Assembly (NCBI GenBank): GCA_041550235.1
Contig: JBFEPE010000002.1
Span: 909-64,908 of the forward strand
Length of the DNA stretch: 64,000 nucleotides
Direction: 5' to 3'
Source of the DNA: Minisyncoccia bacterium
GTDB lineage: Bacteria > Patescibacteriota > Minisyncoccia > UBA6257 > JAAZHW01
This document shows, piece after piece, positions 46,365-55,314 of the stretch. Position numbers and translations under genes: made by a program. Below the pieces are notes generated by a model. It searched no databases. It saw only the letters and a program-made list of their open reading frames with translations, and had not been told where the DNA came from. Position 1 is the first letter of the stretch; each line of letters begins with the position of its first letter.

Positions 46365-46446
46365 TTTTATAATCATTTTTAAAATAATAAAAAAGAGAGA
46401 GGGCATCCGCTTTTTAGCAGACACCCCCTTTTCGGGATAGAAATCA

Positions 46447-46959
46447 TTAATCAAATAAATTTTTGTTCCAGTCGATAAGATACTGGCTATCGCCAGCAGG
46501 GAACTTGGATAATAAGTTTGTAAAAGAAAAGGTTGGCGTCTCTTGTTCACTAAGAGGATACATTGTCAGTTTTTTCAACCTCTCAATATTTTCTGAATCC
46601 GTTCTTTCTTTCCATTCTTTTATATAATTCCTCCATTCTTGAATAGAACTGATTTTAATGTGGGCAGGTTCAGCATTGAAATTTTCAATAACAAACTCAG
46701 TAAATCTCATCGTTTCTTGATCCCTTGTCTCACAAGTCTTATAAATATAAAATTCATTATCATGAAATATAAGTTCAAGCGGATAAAGATTTAATAATTT
46801 TTCATTGCTTTCCAAACCGCATTTTAATTTTATTAAATCTGGGCTTAGCAAAGAAACAATTATCTTTGTTTTTTTAGATTCAATACAAACAAAGTCTAAC
46901 ACTTTTTCTTTCCCGTCTGCATGGATTTTCCACCCATTATCTTCTCTTTTTATTTTCAT
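46447..46959 (-). CDS. orphan hypothetical protein
   Basis: AAGGAGG SD before ATG 46959; TTGACA-16-TATGAT promoter at about 47015-47042. Confidence 0.75.
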   Translation of the reverse strand: MKIKREDNGWKIHADGKEKVLDFVCIESKKTKIIVSLLSPDLIKLKCGLESNEKLLNLYPLELIFHDNEFYIYKTCETRDQETMRFTEFVIENFNAEPAHIKISSIQEWRNYIKEWKERTDSENIERLKKLTMYPLSEQETPTFSFTNLLSKFPAGDSQYLIDWNKNLFD

Positions 46960-47125
46960 GATACCCTCCTTTTTTATAGCCATATCTTATTTAGTTTTAA
47001 TCTTGGCCTCTAACATCATATCACAAATAAAAAGTTTGTCAATAGCAGATATTTTTATATTTTTAAGCATATCTTTAGGAAAATAAGATTTTGAAAAACG
47101 GGAAGAAGGTATTATAATACATAAT

Positions 47126-48157
47126 ATGAGATTCTTAGGAGTAGATATTGGAACATCAAATATAAAAGTAGTTGAACTCTCATCATCAAGTGAGGGTCCA
47201 GTATTAGAGAACTATGGGATATTAGAAACCTATAGTTATTTAGAGCGACCAAATGCCGCTATCCAAACAAGCTACTTTAAAATTGTTGAAAAAAATACAG
47301 CAAATCTTTTTAAGGGTTTATTCAAAGAGATGAGGCCAAAGACAGATAATTCCATTATGTCTTTGCCTATTTTCTCAAGCTTTGTAACCGTTTTTGAATT
47401 ACCTCTCATGGATGAAAAAGAAATAGAAAAAGCAATTCCGTTTGAAGCAAAAAAATATATTCCGATGGACTTATCAGGATTAGAAGTTGATTGGGCGATA
47501 ATAGGAAGAAAAGGAAATAATATCAGTCAAATTTTATTAGTTGCTATATCAAAAGAATTAATTTCAAAATATAGCAATATTGCAAAACTGGCTAATTTAG
47601 ATATTGAGGCATATGAATTAGAAAGCGTTGCTTTTACAAGGTCATTATCTCAGGGAGAAAAGGAGCCGATAATCGTTGCTGATATTGGAAGTCAATCAAT
47701 GAATCTAATAACTATTGATAATGGATATTTGGTTGCCAATGAAAATCTCACGACTGCAGGGGCGGAGATTACTCATATTATATCAAGGTCATTGGGGATT
47801 TCTAAAGAAAGAGCGGAGGAATTTAAGAGGATAAAGGGGTTTAATGTTGAGCCACAAGAAAGAGAAGTGGTTAATTTGATGATGCCAATAATTGATTTTT
47901 TTGGAAATGAGATAGGTAGAGCGGCAAAACTTCATAAGAATAAGACAGGCAAGGATGTTAAGAAAATAATTTTGGCAGGTGGGTCGGCTAATCTACCGGG
48001 AATGGATGATTATTTATCAAATTATTTGAGTATGCCTGTTGAGAGGGCATGGCCATTTGCTGGAATTAAGTATGAATCATTTTTGGAGCCATTACTCCGA
48101 GAGGTTGGCCCGTCTCTCGCCTGCGCAGTTGGATTAGCAATGAGAGAATTGAGGTAG
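47126..48157 (+). CDS. pilM: type IV pilus assembly protein PilM
   Basis: GVDIGTSNIKVVEL, VADIG, ILAGGSA, AVGLAMR. Confidence 0.95.
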   Translation: MRFLGVDIGTSNIKVVELSSSSEGPVLENYGILETYSYLERPNAAIQTSYFKIVEKNTANLFKGLFKEMRPKTDNSIMSLPIFSSFVTVFELPLMDEKEIEKAIPFEAKKYIPMDLSGLEVDWAIIGRKGNNISQILLVAISKELISKYSNIAKLANLDIEAYELESVAFTRSLSQGEKEPIIVADIGSQSMNLITIDNGYLVANENLTTAGAEITHIISRSLGISKERAEEFKRIKGFNVEPQEREVVNLMMPIIDFFGNEIGRAAKLHKNKTGKDVKKIILAGGSANLPGMDDYLSNYLSMPVERAWPFAGIKYESFLEPLLREVGPSLACAVGLAMRELR

Positions 48158-48208
48158 GCAAATCTTATCCACTTTTTGTTTGAGTGTTTGTATTGTATAA
48201 TTATAAAT

Positions 48209-48757
48209 ATGGCGGAAATGGGATTAATGGGATCACTTGAAAAAGAGAAATTGCCAAGCGGATGGCTCAATAAATTTATCCGATTTAGTGCTATATTATT
48301 AGTGATTGTTTTTATTGCCTATTTCGGATTACATTATGGATATGAAAGAGTTTTAGAAAGAAGAATTGCCGAAGTGGAGGATAATATAATTGGATTAGAA
48401 AAAGAAATCGCCTCTTCAGACAGAGAAGAAGTTTCCGTCTTCTATTCACAATTAATAAATTTGAGGGATTTATTAGAAGGACATATATACTCTTCGCAAG
48501 TTTTTCAAAGATTAGAATTAATTACTCATCCTCAAGTTGCCTTTACAAATTTTGATTATGATTTCAAGGAAGAAAGATTGAAGTTGGACGGATATTCTGC
48601 GAGTTTGTCTGCTATATCAGAGCAGATTTTGGCATTTCAAAGAACGGCTGATTTTAGAGAGATTGATATTTCTGATATTCGTCAAGCAGCTCAAGGTAGA
48701 ATCAATTTTTCAGCGGAGGTATTTTTCAACCCAAGATTAGTTTTGGATAAGATATAG
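48209..48757 (+). CDS. pilN: PilN-like protein
   Basis: TM, coiled coil and ferredoxin-like domain after pilM. Confidence 0.75.
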   Translation: MAEMGLMGSLEKEKLPSGWLNKFIRFSAILLVIVFIAYFGLHYGYERVLERRIAEVEDNIIGLEKEIASSDREEVSVFYSQLINLRDLLEGHIYSSQVFQRLELITHPQVAFTNFDYDFKEERLKLDGYSASLSAISEQILAFQRTADFREIDISDIRQAAQGRINFSAEVFFNPRLVLDKI

Positions 48758-48761
48758 TAAT

Positions 48762-49334
48762 ATGAAATATACGACGAGGAGAAATATAAGCTTATTAATA
48801 TCATTAGCCCTGATGGTTTCGGCATTAGTGGTATTCTTTAGTTTAGATTGGCCTACTATCAGCAATATATCAGAATCAAGTAAAAAATTATCACAAGTGA
48901 AGGCAAAATATGATGAGCAGTTCCAATCAGTTCAAGTCGCAAAATCAATCATCAATCAATACAAGTCATTATCAGGAGTGAGTCAAACAATATCTTTGAG
49001 TGTCCCACGAGGACCCGAAATTCAAAATGTAGTCGCTCAATTAGATAATTTAGCAAGTCAGAGCGGATTAGAGGTTCAAAGCATAAATTTTGACATGCCA
49101 ACTCTTTCTGCATTAGTGGCAGAGAGGGGAGACCAGTTGGCTAAGAAAAATAGGATATTGAACATATCGCTTTCTTTAAATGGTTCGTATGAGTCATTCA
49201 AGACATGGCTATCGTCAGTTGAGAGTAATATTAGATTGATGGATGTAGAAAATATATCTTTTGCTTCTTTGGGTGGAGCAACTGGTGTAGGAAGATTTAA
49301 TTTCAAGGTCTCTCTAAGTGCTTATTATCAATAG
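48762..49334 (+). CDS. pilO: PilO-like protein
   Basis: LASQSGL, GSYESFKTWL..ESNIRLMDV. Confidence 0.82.
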   Translation: MKYTTRRNISLLISLALMVSALVVFFSLDWPTISNISESSKKLSQVKAKYDEQFQSVQVAKSIINQYKSLSGVSQTISLSVPRGPEIQNVVAQLDNLASQSGLEVQSINFDMPTLSALVAERGDQLAKKNRILNISLSLNGSYESFKTWLSSVESNIRLMDVENISFASLGGATGVGRFNFKVSLSAYYQ

Positions 49335-49354
49335 TAATAATTTTTGAAAATATC

Positions 49355-49447
49355 TCCCCTCGCCTACGGCGAGGGGAATAATCAAACCCGCCCGCCTGAG
49401 GCGGATGTGCCACCTTCGTCAGCCTTTGGCGGACTTCGGCGAGGCAA
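49355..49447. repeat. palindrome plus nested cluster
   Basis: 22-bp module at 49392-49413 inside CCCGC^CTTCGTC. Confidence 0.88.
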
Positions 49448-49462
49448 GGTAATATAAAAAAT

Positions 49463-49786
49463 ATGGAATTAGTTGAAGAAAAACCAAAAAAGAGAACATT
49501 TCTCTATATCATAATAATAGTTTTGATAATCGCTATTGGCATAGTTTATTTTGTTTTCTTCTCAAGCGGAGACGGATTGGGTGGAATTATTGGCGGTGGC
49601 GAAGTAGAGGATTTTTCATTGGTGCCAGAGGATTTACAGAAGGATGTTACTGGTGGTATTGTTGATTTGAAATTTACTCCGGAGGATATTTTACAAAATC
49701 CTGAATTTACTTCTTTGCAATCATATTCTGAACCAGTGGAATTAAGAACAATCCCCGGACGATCAAATCCATTCATTCCTTTTTAG
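49463..49786 (+). CDS. PilP-like small protein
   Basis: TM and C-terminal GRSNPF after pilO. Confidence 0.6.
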   Translation: MELVEEKPKKRTFLYIIIIVLIIAIGIVYFVFFSSGDGLGGIIGGGEVEDFSLVPEDLQKDVTGGIVDLKFTPEDILQNPEFTSLQSYSEPVELRTIPGRSNPFIPF

Positions 49787-49846
49787 ATTTTAGATTAGTT
49801 TTTTGATGAGGGGAGTAGTCGCATATATTTTAAAAAAATAATTAAT

Positions 49847-50881
49847 ATGGATAAAATAAAAATAGGGATAAATGGTTTGGGGAGGATTGGTCGGGCAATA
49901 TTAAAAATTGCTTATGAGAGACCAGAGATTGAAATAATCGCTGGCAATGATTTAGGCGACTTAGAAAATATCGCCTACTTATTAAAATATGATTCAGTAT
50001 ATGGAAAATGGGAAAAAAATGTTAAAGCCAATATTAAAGAAAATTGTTTAGAAATTGATAATAAAAAAATAAAAGTATTCAAAGAAGCCGACCCATCCAA
50101 ACTCCCATGGAAAAAACTTGATATAGACATAGCCGTTGAGGCAACTGGTGTTTTTGAATCATTTGAAAAATCAAAAGCCCATCTTTCTGCTGGAGCAAAA
50201 AGAGTAATTATTAGCACATCCGCAAAAGACGATGATTTAAGTTATAAATTAGGAGCAACTGTTGTTGTTGGTTCTAACGAAGAAGATTTAGAAAAAGTTA
50301 AAATTACAGCAAACGGTTCTTGCACAACCAATAGTGCAGTTCCAGTAATGGCTATTCTTTCTGAAATATTAGGAATTGAAAATGCACTTTTGAATACAAT
50401 TCATGCTTATACTGCTTCTCAAAGATTGGTTGATGGGCCTAATCCAAGAAATTGGCATTTAGGCAGAGCCGGTGCAATAAATTTAATCCCTACTTCCACA
50501 GGGGCAGCATCTGCAGTAGAAAAAGCAGTTAAGAATTTGAGATGTTCTTTTGATGGATTGGCAATTAGGATTCCTGTTCCAATTATATCATTGGCAGATA
50601 TCACATTTATTTCAAAAAAAGATACAACAAGAGAAGAGGTCAATAATATCTTAAAGAAGGCAGCCAATGAGCCAAGATGGAATAAGACATTTAGAATTGA
50701 GGAGGATCCAATTGTTTCTTCTGATTTGATAGGAGATAAGTTTGCTAGTGTTGCCGACCTTTCATTGACGAGGGTTTCGGGGAAAAGATTAGTCAAAGTT
50801 TTGGTTTGGTATGAGAATGAGTGGGGTTATTCAAATGGATTAGTTGAGCATATCATCAAGGCAGGCAGTTTTTTGAGATAG
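49847..50881 (+). CDS. gap: glyceraldehyde-3-phosphate dehydrogenase (type I)
   Basis: GINGLGRIGR, SCTTN, PTSTGAA, WYENEWGYS. Confidence 0.95.
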   Translation: MDKIKIGINGLGRIGRAILKIAYERPEIEIIAGNDLGDLENIAYLLKYDSVYGKWEKNVKANIKENCLEIDNKKIKVFKEADPSKLPWKKLDIDIAVEATGVFESFEKSKAHLSAGAKRVIISTSAKDDDLSYKLGATVVVGSNEEDLEKVKITANGSCTTNSAVPVMAILSEILGIENALLNTIHAYTASQRLVDGPNPRNWHLGRAGAINLIPTSTGAASAVEKAVKNLRCSFDGLAIRIPVPIISLADITFISKKDTTREEVNNILKKAANEPRWNKTFRIEEDPIVSSDLIGDKFASVADLSLTRVSGKRLVKVLVWYENEWGYSNGLVEHIIKAGSFLR

Positions 50882-50955
50882 AGATGATGATTTTTGATAA
50901 TCAATAAAATCCCCAAAGAAAATCAAAAAATAGAGATTAAATAGAAGCAAAAAAA

Positions 50956-51190
50956 CAATACCCCCCCCGCCGCAGGCGGGGGGGGTATTGTCATTCCTGT
51001 CCGCCTGAGGCGGATTATACTCCGGCAGGAATCTAATTCTCCGCCGTAGGCGGACATTCTGCCCTCCATAGAGGGGTGGTTCGTCTCAGGCGGGACGGGC
51101 ATTGCCCTGCCGAAGCCCCTTGCCCTGCCGTAGCCCGCCGTAGGCGGACATTCTGCTTTAGCGAAGGCGGGTTGGCGAAGGCGGGGTGTT
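50956..51190 (-). repeat. largest composite cluster, with four nesting levels
   Basis: each layer has an uninterrupted or less-nested sibling elsewhere in the window. Confidence 0.9.
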
Positions 51191-51278
51191 TCTCTAAAAT
51201 AAAAAAATTACCACTCTCATCTATCTTTCTTGATAGATTTTGAGTGGCAAGTGATGTCTTTCTTACTACTATTACTTT

Positions 51279-51740
51279 TTATACATGCTTTTTGTCTATA
51301 AAAAACATGTTTGGCACATCCGCTCCTGGAAAAAAATCTCCAAAGATTTCTTTCTTTAAATTTTCGGCATCTAGCGAACTACCCCCCCATCCTAAAAAAA
51401 ATAATACCTTTTCTCCGAAGTGGGAATACTTTATGGACCCTCTTTCCTGTTGGGTAGGCATTTCCGTATAAGTCACAATCCTTTCATTATCATTATCACA
51501 GGTGACAATAAGAGTCGATGTTTTGTCAAGATCAACAGCAAATCGATATTTTTTAAAAAATGATTTGTCATTGTGATGAAAGGCACTTATAATCTCCCTT
51601 ACCCCTCTAACTACTTCTTCGTCGCTCATTGTGGGGAAAAGAAAATCCGCTAAACTAGGCGTAGGTGTTTCAACATAAATCTTGCCTTCTTTGTTCCATA
51701 TACGATCTAAGGCTTTTTGAAAAATATTTTTTTCTCCCAT
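51279..51740 (-). CDS. orphan hypothetical protein
   Basis: AAGGAG SD before ATG 51740, TTGACA at about 51804-51809, terminator near 51200-51250. Confidence 0.75.
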   Translation of the reverse strand: MGEKNIFQKALDRIWNKEGKIYVETPTPSLADFLFPTMSDEEVVRGVREIISAFHHNDKSFFKKYRFAVDLDKTSTLIVTCDNDNERIVTYTEMPTQQERGSIKYSHFGEKVLFFLGWGGSSLDAENLKKEIFGDFFPGADVPNMFFIDKKHV

Positions 51741-51812
51741 GATTTTCTCCTTGTGATATTTGATTTTTAAACTACTCAATTATATTATAATATTATTATA
51801 ATTTGTCAATAA

Positions 51813-51915
51813 TAAAAAAATCGCCCCCGAGAGAGCGACAACATCTTCCAGATGGAAGAAAGAAGAGTTAGCTTGTCATTTGACTACATGTTAGCACTTC
51901 TATTTTGTTTGTCAA
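51813..51915 (-). ncRNA. putative ~70-nt RNA unit
   Basis: TTGACA-16-TAACAT, internal TCTTCCA/TGGAAGA hairpin, TCGCTCTC/GGGGGCGA terminator with T-tract. Confidence 0.4.
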
Positions 51916-51940
51916 TATTAAAACTGTGGATAAGATTATG

Positions 51941-52037
51941 TGGATCCGGGGGGAATTCTCGCCAGAGGCGAGTCCGCCTTCGGCGGAGAACCCCCAAGAT
52001 GTTGGATGACAAGCCAACTCTCCCACCCGGCGGACCC
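51941..52037 (-). ncRNA. D-armless tRNA-like RNA with G3-U70 and A73, carrying a 30-nt insertion in the T-loop
   Basis: acceptor GGGTCCG/CGGATCC-A, arm GTTGG-CTTGTCAT-CCAAC, T-arm GGGGG-TTC[insert]AATT-CCCCC; TATAAT upstream. Confidence 0.75.
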
Positions 52038-52083
52038 AAATAATCATTAACTATTATAATTCAAAATTAATAATTAACAAAAT

Positions 52084-52341
52084 ATGAATCAAAATAAATT
52101 GAAGATAGGTTTAGTGGCGGCTAGGCCAAACTCAGAAAAAGAAGAAATAAAAAAGTTTTCGCAAAATAAAAAATCTGACACACTTCTTTTTCCAGAAGGA
52201 TTTTTGATCTCAGATAATCTATCCTTTGCTCAAGGAATAGCGAGAGAAAATAAAAAATGGATTATTTCAGGAATGGATGACAAAAGAGAAAAAGAGAAAA
52301 AGATAAAAAATTATGCCATTGCTTTTTTTCGCAGGGATTGA
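52084..52341 (+). pseudogene. truncated nitrilase/carbon-nitrogen hydrolase-like fragment
   Basis: KIGLV..DTLLFPEGF..IISG N-terminal part only; runs into the convergent gene. Confidence 0.5.
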
Positions 52342-53008
52342 GGCATTTTCTCAATAGCATATCTTAATGCCGTGCGAGGCATCTTATTTTTATTTCTCAT
52401 AATAAAATCAAAAACTTCTTTTTGATAATAGACAGAAGCATCCTTTAACATCCAGCCATATCCCTTTTGAACCAAATCATCCTCGCCCAACATTATTTTT
52501 TTGGCGATTTCAAAAATATTTTTTAGAGGTATTTTTTCAGCAGGAATAAGGCTCACAGCAGATGCTCGTCTTACCCATCTATTATTGGAACTCGTCCATT
52601 TTTTTATTTCTAAAAATAATAAGGGAAATTTTTTAATTAAATAATTTATTGAATGAGTGCAAAAATCATCACACTTTGCCCAATTATTAATATATTTTTG
52701 TACCCATTTTTCAAACAGAAAAAATCATTTTTATCAAATCTATCTCTAAGATTAAACACCCAATTAAAGGCAATCATTGATAATTCATTATAATCCATTT
52801 TCAGCATCTCCTCTGATATTCCAAATACCTCTTTTTTATCCATTGTTTTTATTTCAGAGAAATATTTTTTGGCAATATTCCTTGTATTATTTGCCCTCAC
52901 TCCAAAAATAGTTATTTTTTCTTTGAAGTAATTTTCCGCCCCTCTTTTATATTCAATATCAATATTTTGCCTTAAGTCTTTTATTATGTTTTTTATTATC
53001 TCACTCAT
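52311..53008 (-). pseudogene. AlkD-family DNA alkylation repair protein, frameshifted
   Basis: FGVR N-half; adding one base in the A6 run at 52719-52724 restores NNWAKCDDFC..NRWVRRAS..DLVQKGYGWMLK. Confidence 0.85.
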
Positions 53009-53130
53009 ATCATTATTTTAAATCATGAGGAGTCAAATGCCAAATTATAATTTTCCGCCATCCAATATCTTTGCCCTTCCTCTTGATTTGATGTAAAATA
53101 GAGGTGTCGTTTTAAAAAAAGTTTCTAATT

Positions 53131-53643
53131 ATGAATAAAAAGATTGTTGTGAGTGATAAAATGCAAAGTGGATATATTTATTATTTGACTGAGCCAATCG
53201 GTAGAAATTTTAATTCTGAATTTAAGCCGGAATTAACACCCAAAGAAATGTTGGAATTAGGAGTTTTTGGAGGGAGATATATGAGGGATTGCCGAAAAGA
53301 ATTTCCTAAGAGTTGGTATAAAAAAGCCAAACTTCATCCTGATGGGATGCCCGGAAATAGCCCAGAATTGAATTTATTTAAAGTGAATGCTAGTCAGCCC
53401 CTATCGGTTTGGCAAAAAAATGGATGGATTCATCCTGATGATCCTCGGGGTTGGTTTCAGTGGTATTGTAGGTATTATATGGGCAGAAGGCATGAGGACG
53501 ATGAGAGGCAAATAAAAAGATGGAAGGCGATTAAGAGACATATTGGTGCTTTGAAGAAAAATTGTCAGAAAGGAGATTTGACCTGCCGAGTAAAGCAAAG
53601 ACAAGTTCTTATCCATTGGGCTTATGATAGTCGCAAGATGTGA
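53131..53643 (+). CDS. conserved hypothetical protein
   Basis: FKPELTPKEMLELGVFGG and DPRGWFQWYCRYYMGRR motifs. Confidence 0.85.
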   Translation: MNKKIVVSDKMQSGYIYYLTEPIGRNFNSEFKPELTPKEMLELGVFGGRYMRDCRKEFPKSWYKKAKLHPDGMPGNSPELNLFKVNASQPLSVWQKNGWIHPDDPRGWFQWYCRYYMGRRHEDDERQIKRWKAIKRHIGALKKNCQKGDLTCRVKQRQVLIHWAYDSRKM

Positions 53644-53789
53644 TAATAAAAGGTTTTGAGATGATAGCAAAAATTTTGTCTAATGCAAATTAATTCTCAA
53701 ATGTCTTTGACTTTTGATTTATTTCATATAAAATAATCAATATATTGAAATAAATAATATATTTAATAACTTGAGATAGAATAATATTA

Positions 53790-53904
53790 ATCCCCCCCCG
53801 CCATAGGCGGGAGGGGGATATAGGTGTATCATCTATTCAATATATTGAGATAAGATAATTTAAAGCAATACTATTATCTCTCCCCCGACTTCGTCGGGGG
53901 AGAG
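53790..53904. repeat. two GC-rich palindromes 5' of rpsB
   Basis: each preceded by a copy of TCAATATATTGA.ATAA.TAAT. Confidence 0.88.
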
Positions 53905-53938
53905 CATAGACATATCATTTATCAATCAAATAAAAATT

Positions 53939-54682
53939 ATGGAAAAGAGTAATTTAAAACAAGGATTTCAAGAGATGGAAAGAGACGGATTAATAAGCCC
54001 AATGGTTAAGGGATTAGTTGAAAACCGCTCTTATTTAGGTCATAGTTCATCAAGAAGCAATCCAAAAATGAAACAATTTATTGTTGGCTCAAAAGGAAAT
54101 TTAGAAATAATAAATTTAGATAAGACGGCTGAGTTTTTGTCAAAAGCAGTTGATGAGGTAAAAAAATTAGGAGGCGAAGGAAAGAGCATTTTTTTTGTTG
54201 GTTCTGACCCGATAATTAGAGATTTAATTGAAAAAATGGCAATTAAGGCAGAATCACCATATGTTATTGGTAGATGGTTGGGTGGTCTTTTGACAAATTT
54301 TAAAATACTCTCATCAAGATTGAAGCAATTTTTAGATTTACGAGATAAGGAGCAGAAAGGAGAATTAAAGAAATATACGAAGAAGGAGCAGGGTCAATTT
54401 AGGAAAAAGATTGAAAAATTATCGCGATTGTTTTATGGCTTGGAGAATTATAAAAGATTGCCGGATGCTATTATCTTGGTAAATATAAATCTTCATGAGA
54501 CGGCAATTGCTGAGGCGAAAATTATGAAAATACCGGTAATTGCAATTGTAGATACAGATTCAAATCCTGAAAAAGTAGATTATCCAATACCAGCCAGTGA
54601 TCAAGTGAGGTCAAGTGTTGAGTTTGTATTAAATAAATTAGTCGATGGTTATAATGAAGGCAGAAATGCTTTGAAAAAATAA
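53939..54682 (+). CDS. rpsB: 30S ribosomal protein S2
   Basis: NPKMKQFI, IINLDKT, RWLGGLLTNF, IVDTDSNP. Confidence 0.96.
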   Translation: MEKSNLKQGFQEMERDGLISPMVKGLVENRSYLGHSSSRSNPKMKQFIVGSKGNLEIINLDKTAEFLSKAVDEVKKLGGEGKSIFFVGSDPIIRDLIEKMAIKAESPYVIGRWLGGLLTNFKILSSRLKQFLDLRDKEQKGELKKYTKKEQGQFRKKIEKLSRLFYGLENYKRLPDAIILVNINLHETAIAEAKIMKIPVIAIVDTDSNPEKVDYPIPASDQVRSSVEFVLNKLVDGYNEGRNALKK

Positions 54683-54685
54683 TTA

Positions 54686-54717
54686 ACCCGCCTTCGTTGA
54701 AACTTCGGCGGGCGAAG
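54686..54717. repeat. CCCGCCTTCGTTGAAACTTCGGCGGGCGAAG element filling the rpsB-tsf spacer
   Basis: sibling of 1909-1940 and 60748-60779. Confidence 0.9.
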
Positions 54718-54724
54718 CAGAAAT

Positions 54725-55306
54725 ATGGATATAGAATTAATAAAAAAATTAAGGCAAAAGACAAGAGCATCATTGAAGGATTGCTCTTCAGCCCTTGAAG
54801 AGGCGGGAGGCGACATTGAAAAAGCGGAGGATCTTTTGAAGAGAAGGGGACAGGTTATTGCCTCCAAGAAAAGTGAAAGAGGAACAAGTTCGGGAATTAT
54901 CTATTCATATATTCACAGCAATAATAAGGTAGGTGTTCTTTTAGATTTGAGATGTGAGACTGATTTTGTAGCAAAAAATAACTTATTTAAAGAATTGGCT
55001 CATGAGTTGACCCTGCAAGTAGCGGCCATGAACCCGGAATTTGTTAGCCCCGAGGATGTTTCGGAGGAATATATTGAAAAAGAAAAAGCTGCTTACAGGG
55101 AGCAGATGAAGGATTCTGGCAAACCAGCAGATATTTTAGATAAAATCGCTGAGGGCAAGATTCAAAAAGAATTATCGGAATTGTGTCTTGTAAATCAAAA
55201 ATTTGTAAAAGATAATAATAAGATAATAAAAGAGGTAATTGATGAATATATAGCCAAAACAGGCGAGAATATCAAGGTGGAAAGATTTTGTCGCTTTGAA
55301 ATATAG
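54725..55306 (+). CDS. tsf: elongation factor Ts (short form)
   Basis: IKKLRQKT, LRCETDFVA, GENIKVERFCRFEI. Confidence 0.97.
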   Translation: MDIELIKKLRQKTRASLKDCSSALEEAGGDIEKAEDLLKRRGQVIASKKSERGTSSGIIYSYIHSNNKVGVLLDLRCETDFVAKNNLFKELAHELTLQVAAMNPEFVSPEDVSEEYIEKEKAAYREQMKDSGKPADILDKIAEGKIQKELSELCLVNQKFVKDNNKIIKEVIDEYIAKTGENIKVERFCRFEI

Positions 55307-55314
55307 ATAATTAT

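Noticed and set aside
51852-52043. 63-aa ORF across the tRNA-like locus, and repeat-spanning ORFs at 57906, 62383, 63439 and 63450
   Set aside because: These are translations of palindromic repeats (PPEAD, DPRLRGGD), not credible proteins.
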